From the IMG/VR virus record IMGVR_UViG_3300037722_001090: a stretch of 64,000 nt of DNA, one strand, 5' to 3'. Source of the DNA: a virus. Its lineage: Duplodnaviria; Caudoviricetes. Below the pieces are notes generated by a model, which was given only the letters and a program-made list of their open reading frames with translations, was not told the DNA's origin and did no database searches. Shown here in pieces: positions 9,999-19,400 of this stretch (its first letter is position 1; every line of letters begins with the position of its first letter). The position numbers and the translations under genes were made by a program.

Positions 9999-10579
9999 TG
10001 GCAAAAAAATATAAAGTAAATGTTGCTGGACATGAAATCATATTTAGAGATATTTATGCTGAAGAGTCTGATAGGTTTATTTGGGCAATAAGGAAGAAAG
10101 ATCCTATAGCTGAAGAGTTAGTATTTAGAGAAATACTTCATGAATCATGTGATATAAATATTGATGAGTTACCAGCAGGAGTAATTCCCACTATAGTCTA
10201 TAGTGCTATTAAGCTTTCTGGTTACTTTCCAAAAGAATCAGACATTCCTAACATAATCGATAATGCAAGGAAATCAATACAGAATAATTTCTTCTCTATA
10301 TTCTATGCGACTATCATTAAGGCACAGCCTTCCTATAGGATAGATGAGTTGCAGAAAAAATCACTAGATGACCTACTTGCAATATATGCATTCAGTGAAA
10401 AGGTATTAGGTAAAGAAACTATTAATACTGATGAGATGCGCAAGACTCTTAAGAAAGAAAAAGAAAAAGAAAAAGGCGTTGCTAAGTCTGCAGGCGGACT
10501 AAGCAGTATTTCTACAGAAGAGCTTGAGTTAGTTAAGAGTATGATTAGTTCCGAAGAATTTAACTCAGAGATGTTTTAA
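9998..10579 (+). CDS. Tail assembly chaperone 2 (paralogue of chaperone 1 with C-terminal extension)
   Basis: 193 aa, TAATG-coupled at both ends. ELPAGVIPTIVYSAIKLSGYF matches chaperone 1; the extra helical C-domain is like the T part of G-T chaperones. Confidence 0.58.
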   Translation: MAKKYKVNVAGHEIIFRDIYAEESDRFIWAIRKKDPIAEELVFREILHESCDINIDELPAGVIPTIVYSAIKLSGYFPKESDIPNIIDNARKSIQNNFFSIFYATIIKAQPSYRIDELQKKSLDDLLAIYAFSEKVLGKETINTDEMRKTLKKEKEKEKGVAKSAGGLSSISTEELELVKSMISSEEFNSEMF

Positions 10580-13500
10580 TGACACAACCAATTAATCCAA
10601 ATCCATTTATATTAGCCATAGATACAGAAGTATCTGGATTACCTACTGACTTTTATGCAACCAGAAGACTTGGTGATCCTATTGATCTTAATATGGATAA
10701 AATCATGAAGTCATTTGGAGCTGTAGATATATTCCAGGTAGGTTTTATAGCTAATGGAAGTAGACAGCATATTGACGTAACAAACGCTAAGCTTGGCACA
10801 CAAGACAACTTATCTTTTGTTATGAAGAAAGATCACAGCTATGTAGGTCCGGATGGAAAGAAGGGTATATATAAGAAGGGTGGAACTGTAACTTCAACCC
10901 GCAACGGGATAACTGACTTTATACGAGGCAAGCACAGTAAGTTATCTTCAAAGCTAGCAGATAAATATGAGAGAGATGCTCTCCCTAGCTTACTTAAGAG
11001 AAGTATGCAAGAAACAGCTGTATTAGATAATGGATCTGTAATACAATCTATGCCTATGAAGCTTAGAAATAAGTCATATGAAGAGACTGCTAAGATTGCT
11101 AATGATAATGGGTTCTTTCATAAAAAAATTAATCAGGCTACTTTTATTTCTAAAAGAGATGACTCATTATATTCTATAATAGACAACCTTCTTGCACATG
11201 GATCAAAAAATTCACCAGCAGAATTTAGAGCTTGGAATCCACAATTTGATGCTAGTGTAATATTGGCTACATTACAAAAATCAGGACATAAAGACTTAGT
11301 AGATAAGTTTATTAATCAATATAAAACTGGTCTATTAAACATACAAGGTATAGAGGATAGTTGGCATAAAGTCTTATGGAAACTCATAAAAGAAAATCCA
11401 GATATTGCAACAACACCAAAAATAGGTATGCATCCAATAGCTGCAGCCGCTACTGGTCGTCCAGGTGCCACTGCAAACACATTTGAGGAGTTTAGACATT
11501 CAACATACAGTTGGAAACAAGACAAGCTAGCTAAGTGGTTCAACTTAAAGAACATTGATCATATTGCATCTACAGACATATTATCCTCTGTAACCTTTGA
11601 TGACATCATGCAAGGTGTAATTAAGAAAGCTGAAAGTGAATCTGGAATGACTTTTGCTCAGCTATTTGATAATCCAAATACTGGCGATTTATTTACCAGA
11701 GCACTTAATTCCAGTATGAACACTATGCATAATAATAACAATACTGGTACCGCAAGAAGACTATTAGGTGAAATAGCAGATGATGCAGCAGCAACACATA
11801 CATTTCATAGAAGAAACTTTGCTAGCTGGTTTGGGTCAGATATTACAACAAGAAGTAGAGCTAAGTGGAGTAAGTATCCTGGTATTATTGGTGCAGCATT
11901 AGTTATAGCTGGTGCTACTTTTTTTGGTAGAGGTGATGAGAAGGTAAGCATTAGTGATGGAAGCGTTGGTAAATCTGGTAAGAATTCTAAGATTGGCAGG
12001 GGCGTAACTGCAGATATGGACACTGATAGTCCGTATATTGGCACAGGCGTAGCTAAGGCAATGTTTGCAGGCATTGTTGTGCCTGGAATTACCATGGCTG
12101 CAGTAGGTTATGGTGCAGCACAAAGACATCCGATGTTAGGTTTCAATCCACAGAAACCAACTACATTTAAAGAGTTATATAAGCAAGGATTAAGTACTAT
12201 TAGATATGGTATTAAAACAGTAGAAGGACAATTCCCTTTAGCTAGGGTTTTTGGTATGGGTGCTATATCTGACTATGTACTAGGTAGTAGAAGCTATTGG
12301 GCAGATGCTGACGGCAATGGTATTGGAAGAACACTCTCTGGTAAAAAAAGACCAGGAAGATGGTTAGCGGCTGAAAGTTATCTAGACGATAAAGGCAAAG
12401 TAGTAAACAAAAATAAACTTATCATGACTGACCTTTTAAAAGATATACGTAAGGCTGATGAGGAATTATTTCATGCTATCGTAAATGGACTGGATCCTTC
12501 TGACATAGGTAAAGATGATGGAGGTAAAGTAGTTGTACGTAAGCAAGTTAGGTTTGCTAATACTACAGGAAGAAATACTATTGTTCAAGTAACTGAAGAC
12601 CATACTATCAATGGCATATATCATAAAGGTACACCATTTAGTAGAACAATTGCTATAGATGCAGCTCTTATGAAAATGAGAGATAGGCCACCTCAGTCTG
12701 CACGCCTAGCTAACAGAACGGTAGTTAATCCATCTAATGGAAAAGTATCACGCATACAAGGTCCGCATGTTACAAGCTCTATTGCACATGAGATAGCAGC
12801 TGGTCAGTTATATAAAAGCGGTAAATATGTAAAACCAGACTACAATGATTATATGAAAAGCTTAGACATGCCAGGATTTGCAAGCAGCAGTGAAATGGGC
12901 AATAAGGCATGGAGAGGTATGGAATTTGTACGTCACTTACTTGATCTAAATGCTAAAGGTGTTGGTGAAAAAAGTAACGTTTTCTATCCAGGCTTATCTC
13001 AAGAACTTGGTAGAGCAACTCATGTATTGTCTAATAGAACAGTTGGTGCATATGCTAAGGGTGCTGGAGATTATTTATTTGGTAATATGGACAAGTTCCT
13101 TGAAAGCCCTTTTGAGTTTTTAGGAGTTAATACTGAAAAGTTTACTGGATTTGCAAACAGACTGAAAGCCTCTAATTATATAACATCCAATATTGCAGGT
13201 AAAGTAATGTCTGCTATTGAAAGACCACATCTTGGTTTAGGATATGCTAGATATGGAAACCCTGCAAAGTACATGGGTGCATTTGCAGCTAAACGTGTAT
13301 TGCCAGCTATGATTGCATATAATGCATTCGGATTAGTAGATCACGCATTAGGTGCTGCAACTATGTCTCCAACTGGTCGTGGACCATTTACTGAGATTCC
13401 AATTAAGGCATTTGAAGCTGCGTCATTAGCTTATACAAAACTATCCGATATAACAGGACTAACTGACTGGGCTAAATGGCAAGATAGAGTAGCTCCTGGA

Positions 13501-16470
13501 TCTACAGGCATTGGTATTATGGCTCCTGCAGCAACAGCTACCGGTCTTTACTTTATGGGTGAAAAAATGTATCAGCATGGACCTGACTTTATCGGAGGTA
13601 CAATAGATAAAGCTGGCAGGAAAATGCTACAGCATCCACTTATGAGGGCTGCAGCTAGGCCTGAAGCGTACAAGGGCGCTTTAGCCCGAGGACCAGTTGA
13701 AAATCTATTGTCTTATGTTATTAAGAATCCAAAGAAAGGAATCTTTGGGTTAGCAATGCTACCATCAATTCCATTTCTACCCGGGTTCTTTGGTTCAGAT
13801 AAGAACTATGCTGAGAAGAAAGCTGAATATAAAGGAGAGAAAGAAGTTGCTATTCGTAAATATCGAGGATGGTTACTATCATCTTCTCCTTTTGAGGGCG
13901 GAAGAGTAAGATCATGGCGTAGACATTCACTAAATCTTATCGAAAGTGATTTTGAAAACAGAGGCGTTGTCTATCCTTCATTCACAGATCGCTTTATGCA
14001 TAATGCATCTCTTGGTATGTATAAACCTAATATACTAGAAGACTACCACGGAGATGCACAGCCCGTATATAAATCCTCTCCTTGGGGAACAAACGTACCT
14101 CTTGTTGGTCCAATTATAGCAGGAACAATTGGCAAGCTAATTGGAACCAAAACATATCACACACCAGGAGAGTATGCACCAAGAGAAGTTCAGGAGTATG
14201 CTGGTGACGGAGCAAACCATGATCAGGAATCTGGTCTATCTAGAAGTGTAGAGATGGGTACAGTCAAGAAGTTATTTGGTGATGATCAGAATAAAACTGG
14301 ATACATGATAGGACTACAGGATCCATCGTCACTTAATTCTTTAGCTTCTAGGTTTGCAGACAGCTTAGGAGACCTATCTGGTTTCCGTGGATTCTCACTA
14401 CAAACAACGTATGAAAAAATGGCAGGCAAGAACCTACCAGATAAATATACACCATATGCACAAGATAGTAGCCAAATGTATAGTCCAGCTGAACAGATGT
14501 GGCAATACAATCTTGGTGATATTACTGTAGTCGGTGGCGAGTTTATGCGTCGTATATTACAGAACTCAGAGAAAAAATGGGAAGTTAACGATATTCCCAA
14601 TGAGTTATTTGGTGTTAGCTGGATTCCTCAAGCCGATGACCAAAGAGGTACAACTAAAGACTTAACTCACGGGACTACCTTTAATAAAGTAGATATGGGT
14701 TGGCTATATGGATCTAGAAAAGGATGGGAATTCTTATATCCAGGAGAAGCAAAAGGAGACATGGAATCCTATAGTGCTCCTCTTAAAACAGAGATTCTTC
14801 AGCAACTAGCTCCTTATTCAGCTAAATTTAATGAAGCAGCTAAAGAGACATACGGTCAAGCTATAGGGGGTCAGTTAAGTCCAAAGCAAGAACAAAGATT
14901 CTATGAAACACTAGATCAAGTATCACAAGTAAAACAACAACTATATGCTACAGCTGGTGAGTATTCATTTGCACTTGATACAGAAGCAGAATCTGGTATT
15001 GTAGATACTGTACAAGATGATGGTTCTTTTAGTATGAAAGGTAAAAACTATAGGCTTGCAGGTGTATCTTTACATGAGGCAGATATAAGAGCTAGGCTTT
15101 TACAAAAGAACGAGTATAATAGTGCACAGGCGCTTGCAGATGATGTAGCATCAATCAGAGAAAGAACTGCTCAAATCATAAGTAAACACTTAGGTCCGGG
15201 CAGAGAGGTTAGTTTTAATAAGGCCACAGCTACTATGTTACCTTCCGAGACAGAGTCTGGTATAGAAGTTCAAATAGATAGCCTTACAGAGGAACTGTGG
15301 AGCGCTGGTGCACCTTTTGCGAACACTGGCAACCTTGCTTCCCATAATATAGCACAAGACAGAGATGGTATTATGAGCAGGGTATCGGCTGCATATTGGG
15401 ATGGGCTTACTGCTACTAACTCTTATTGGAATAAAAAGCTAATATCTAAACGTGACTACTTAGATAATTATACAACTAATCAGGTATATAATAGAGAAGT
15501 TAAACTTTGGACTAGACCTATAGAACATATTGTTAAGCCATTTCTAGCATCTACAGTTCATAATCTTACAGGCATAGATTTCATACCATCATTCACTAAA
15601 GAAAGAAGAGCTAATCAGCAATACTGGGATGTAGTAAAGTATATAAAATATAAAATGTTATCTGGCAGAGCTAAAGATGAAGGTGACATGGAATCGGCTG
15701 CTTTCTTTGAGTCTCAATGGAGAAGCACAATGATTGGTGCTGACCCTACAGATAGTAGTATGAAAGACGTACTTAATGCTCTTCCTGTAAATGAAAGACA
15801 ATATTTTAATAACTTTGCTAATGAACCGGATCCAGAAAAAAGAAAAGAGATCTTTGGGTATTTACCAGAACAAGCAAAGAGACTTTACTCTAGTATATGG
15901 ATGAGGAAAGCTGCAGCTGCATCTAATGACCAGCAACTACTTGCAAACTGGAGTAAGCTTCAAGAATCTGAAGGATGGGATTTATCTGAAGACGAAGAAG
16001 CTGAGTATGCTAATGAAACAGGTGGACGTGCCTCTAAGGCTGATTGGGCTAGAGCTAAGTATGTTCAGTCATATGCACAGAAAAGAAACCTTCCTGGAGC
16101 AGAATGGTCTGGATGGAATGAGAGCGTTGACATAAATAACGTTCAATTATTAGCATTACAAGAAGATGGAGAGAACGTACAAGATTACGGATTCTTCGAT
16201 AGTAATATAAGACAAGCAATTTATGATGATTACGCATATGCCGCCGCTACAAGCTACGAATCAATGTCTGTATCAGCTAATGTAATTATGGGCGATATAA
16301 CACCGATGCTAATGGAAGACTCTGTTATGTCTGCATATGCGACACCGACGTCATCTATGTCACCAATTAGAGAAGTAAATATAGAAACTAATGGCTTTGC
16401 AAGAATACTTGATAAGTTAAACAATTTTGGAAGTGAAATACTAGATGATTATTTTACGGACCCTTACTAA
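10579..16470 (+). CDS. Tape-measure-like giant virion protein with N-terminal DEDDh exonuclease-like domain
   Basis: 1963 aa directly after the chaperones; Ala/Gly-rich with several hydrophobic segments. N-terminal motifs LAIDTE (D15,E17), AWNPQFD (D224) and HIASTD (H328,D333). Confidence 0.7.
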   Translation: MTQPINPNPFILAIDTEVSGLPTDFYATRRLGDPIDLNMDKIMKSFGAVDIFQVGFIANGSRQHIDVTNAKLGTQDNLSFVMKKDHSYVGPDGKKGIYKKGGTVTSTRNGITDFIRGKHSKLSSKLADKYERDALPSLLKRSMQETAVLDNGSVIQSMPMKLRNKSYEETAKIANDNGFFHKKINQATFISKRDDSLYSIIDNLLAHGSKNSPAEFRAWNPQFDASVILATLQKSGHKDLVDKFINQYKTGLLNIQGIEDSWHKVLWKLIKENPDIATTPKIGMHPIAAAATGRPGATANTFEEFRHSTYSWKQDKLAKWFNLKNIDHIASTDILSSVTFDDIMQGVIKKAESESGMTFAQLFDNPNTGDLFTRALNSSMNTMHNNNNTGTARRLLGEIADDAAATHTFHRRNFASWFGSDITTRSRAKWSKYPGIIGAALVIAGATFFGRGDEKVSISDGSVGKSGKNSKIGRGVTADMDTDSPYIGTGVAKAMFAGIVVPGITMAAVGYGAAQRHPMLGFNPQKPTTFKELYKQGLSTIRYGIKTVEGQFPLARVFGMGAISDYVLGSRSYWADADGNGIGRTLSGKKRPGRWLAAESYLDDKGKVVNKNKLIMTDLLKDIRKADEELFHAIVNGLDPSDIGKDDGGKVVVRKQVRFANTTGRNTIVQVTEDHTINGIYHKGTPFSRTIAIDAALMKMRDRPPQSARLANRTVVNPSNGKVSRIQGPHVTSSIAHEIAAGQLYKSGKYVKPDYNDYMKSLDMPGFASSSEMGNKAWRGMEFVRHLLDLNAKGVGEKSNVFYPGLSQELGRATHVLSNRTVGAYAKGAGDYLFGNMDKFLESPFEFLGVNTEKFTGFANRLKASNYITSNIAGKVMSAIERPHLGLGYARYGNPAKYMGAFAAKRVLPAMIAYNAFGLVDHALGAATMSPTGRGPFTEIPIKAFEAASLAYTKLSDITGLTDWAKWQDRVAPGSTGIGIMAPAATATGLYFMGEKMYQHGPDFIGGTIDKAGRKMLQHPLMRAAARPEAYKGALARGPVENLLSYVIKNPKKGIFGLAMLPSIPFLPGFFGSDKNYAEKKAEYKGEKEVAIRKYRGWLLSSSPFEGGRVRSWRRHSLNLIESDFENRGVVYPSFTDRFMHNASLGMYKPNILEDYHGDAQPVYKSSPWGTNVPLVGPIIAGTIGKLIGTKTYHTPGEYAPREVQEYAGDGANHDQESGLSRSVEMGTVKKLFGDDQNKTGYMIGLQDPSSLNSLASRFADSLGDLSGFRGFSLQTTYEKMAGKNLPDKYTPYAQDSSQMYSPAEQMWQYNLGDITVVGGEFMRRILQNSEKKWEVNDIPNELFGVSWIPQADDQRGTTKDLTHGTTFNKVDMGWLYGSRKGWEFLYPGEAKGDMESYSAPLKTEILQQLAPYSAKFNEAAKETYGQAIGGQLSPKQEQRFYETLDQVSQVKQQLYATAGEYSFALDTEAESGIVDTVQDDGSFSMKGKNYRLAGVSLHEADIRARLLQKNEYNSAQALADDVASIRERTAQIISKHLGPGREVSFNKATATMLPSETESGIEVQIDSLTEELWSAGAPFANTGNLASHNIAQDRDGIMSRVSAAYWDGLTATNSYWNKKLISKRDYLDNYTTNQVYNREVKLWTRPIEHIVKPFLASTVHNLTGIDFIPSFTKERRANQQYWDVVKYIKYKMLSGRAKDEGDMESAAFFESQWRSTMIGADPTDSSMKDVLNALPVNERQYFNNFANEPDPEKRKEIFGYLPEQAKRLYSSIWMRKAAAASNDQQLLANWSKLQESEGWDLSEDEEAEYANETGGRASKADWARAKYVQSYAQKRNLPGAEWSGWNESVDINNVQLLALQEDGENVQDYGFFDSNIRQAIYDDYAYAAATSYESMSVSANVIMGDITPMLMEDSVMSAYATPTSSMSPIREVNIETNGFARILDKLNNFGSEILDDYFTDPY

Positions 16471-16483
16471 ACGGAGTTAACAA

Positions 16484-19400
16484 ATGGCAAACAATCCATA
16501 CTATGAAGAAAATAGCGGCTTTGGTAGTGTATTAAAAGGTGCATCTTTTGCTGGCGCAGCTGGTGCATCTTATATGGCATATAAGAACCCTGAAGCTACT
16601 ACCCGTGTATTTAATCGTGTAGTTAATTCTGTTGCACCACTAAAAGCACCTGAGCTTAATCCATATCAAAGCAACATAGTTAGTGCTAGAGAGGCAATCT
16701 TCAGTACTATGGAAGCCAGAAATATACGTAGAGTAGCTTTAGATAAAGATATGCAAGCAAGAGCTTTACAGACAATCGGTAATGTAAATAACTGGGGTAC
16801 TGTAAGTGCTGTAGGTGCTGGTATAAAAGGTGGCAAATCTGATTCATTTAAAAGCCTAACTGATATTCTAGACATAGAAGGTAATGAAATAGGGACAAAA
16901 ATACATAACGCACTAGAGAAGAGATTTAATTCTAAAATCGATGCTCCTAAATTTAGTGGAACAAGAGGAACCTGGAAGATAGCAGGAGAAGATTTGTCTA
17001 TTGATTTCTCTAAAAAAGGACTAGATTCAGGACTAGGAAATTCATGGTTCAAGCGCGTTGGAGAGTCTTATTATGCTTCACCTTATCAGTCTAAAATGGC
17101 TAATCGTGGCGGAGGGAAGCTTGGATATGATGTAATGAGTCCAAATGAATTTGTATTAAATGTGCTACAAGAAGAAAATGCTGGGAGTGGAAGACTGGCA
17201 TATGTAGAGAGTCCTACTAAGTTTAGGAACGCATATGAAAAGGTAATAGGAGAGAAAGTTACTGGACTAAGTGGACATGACGATGCTGTTAAGTATGCTG
17301 TTCAGCAAGTACGTAAAGAAATAGAGTTAGGATCTAATGCTAGTGTTAGCAATGTAAGAACTATGCAAAAGGCTTTAAAGAAAGTATTTAATACAGATAC
17401 TATGTTTGTAGAAACTGACCCAGTAAAGCTTGGCTTATTTGGCAGTGAAGTTCGCGTAGAAGAATATTCTAGATATATACTTGGTAATACAGAACCTGAA
17501 TTTAAAGGTGTAGGTTCAAACCGCGTAGGCAGAAACATGAATAGTCTTACAGGAGGAAGCGTAAACATAGAAGGTAATGCACTTAAAGTAGCATATAATA
17601 TTCCTCATGATGCAAGAACTGATAGTTCTTTAATTAGGATTGTTAATGGTAGTGGCGCTACGTTGAAAAGTAAAAATGCTACATTTATGCAAAAAATGAT
17701 GTCTCTGTTTGGTGGATATAGGCTTGGACAAGATCCTTCATCTGAATTTGCATGGGCTGTTAGACCTACTGTTCTTCCTGTTATTGCGGAAGGAGATAAG
17801 TCTATGAAGGGTGCTTTATGGGCAGATGATAATACCGTTATTAGAAAAAATGGCACTCAGGGTATTTCTATGGGAAAGGAATATTTCAGAGGAACAGGAA
17901 CAAAAAGAATTGAAGCACACAGACTTGAAACATTAAGGCATATGTCTTTTATTGACGACACTAAGATTACTGAAGCTGCTGCTTCAAGCTCAGATTATGT
18001 AAAGGGTAAAATATATTCTCAGCAAAATAAAGGCATTTATAATATGACAATGGCTCTTAACCCGTTTTCTGAAGAGTCTATTCAAGTAAGTTCAGGTATG
18101 AGTAAGCATATGAAAGTTCTTATTCCAAAAACAGCTACTGTGGACACAATTGCACTTAAAGGAGAAGAATCGTATAGGAGGTCGCTACTTACACTAATGG
18201 ATGCAAACGGTGTATTAGATAAGGAATCATTTACTATAAAAGAAATAATGGAAAGTAAAGCTTTATCAGAAAGAGTTAGTACTGGTCAATCCAAAATTAA
18301 GATAGGAAGAGGGACATATCTAGGCAGAAAGAACATAGGTATGGAAATATCTAATGCTGAAGACTTTTACTCTACATTTGAAAGAGACGGAGAGATTATT
18401 AAAGCAAAAGTAGATATGTATATAGACAGTACAGACTTTAATCAAATGGTCGAATCAAATCAAAGAATGATGGGTGAAGGACATAAGCATGCAGGAGGAG
18501 TTAAATATATAGCTAAGGCCATGGATGACCCTGCTAAAGTTGCACTTACTGGTATAAGAGCCCGTGGAGCTTATGCAGTTGGCGATGACGGATTACTTAA
18601 TAGTTTATATGCAAGTGCAGGACTAGGTAATAAGCAAGAAGCTACTATTTCTCTTGGTATGTTTAAAAAAACATTCCCTAAGATTTCTAATAACAGCCTT
18701 CTTCTTGGTAAAGATTCACCTGAACTATTACACTTTACACAATCTGCACTTGGATGGCAATCCTTACAAAGTAGCATGGATATAACATTAAGTAAAAATG
18801 CCGCTGATCATTTTGTCGGTAAATACGTAAATGATGCATCAAAAGTATTAGGCAATCAAGATTATTATACTGGAAGAGGTGCATCTAAAAAGTTTAGCTT
18901 TAGTAAGGCTATGCGAGATGGAGCAATATCTTTTACTCAAAGAACAGAATCAGATGCTGCATTTGCACAGCAATATCAAGACACTGTACAGGTGCTTGGT
19001 ACTGCGCGAAGAGAATGGGGTAATAATCGTAAAGTTGCACACATAGAAAGCTTCTCTACGACTAATGCTAAAGATGCTGCTAAAGTTATAGATAATCAAA
19101 TTGAAGCAATAGACAATATGGGCAAGCTTGCAAAAGGTGAATATGCTGTAAGGCTATTTAATAAACAGGTAGATGCAAAAGAGCTTGGAGAACAAGCCTT
19201 AGTTAGGACAAGAGTATCACAAGGTAGTAGTGCTGGTCTTGGATCGACAAAAGCACTCACAATGGGTATTCTTGGAGGACTTCAACCTCAGGAACAAAAC
19301 TGGCTAGCTCTTGGTGGTGAATTTAATAAGATGCGTATTTCATGGAGAGATATGTATCACTTTACAGACAAGGCAGATATACTAAGAGATATTTCAGTTA

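Noticed and set aside
10440-10480. A-rich run AAGAAAGAAAAAGAAAAAGAAAAAGG near the end of chaperone 2 as a -1 frameshift site
   Set aside because: In the reading frame it encodes KKEKEKEKG and does not form an X-XXY-YYZ heptamer; both chaperones already have their own coupled starts.
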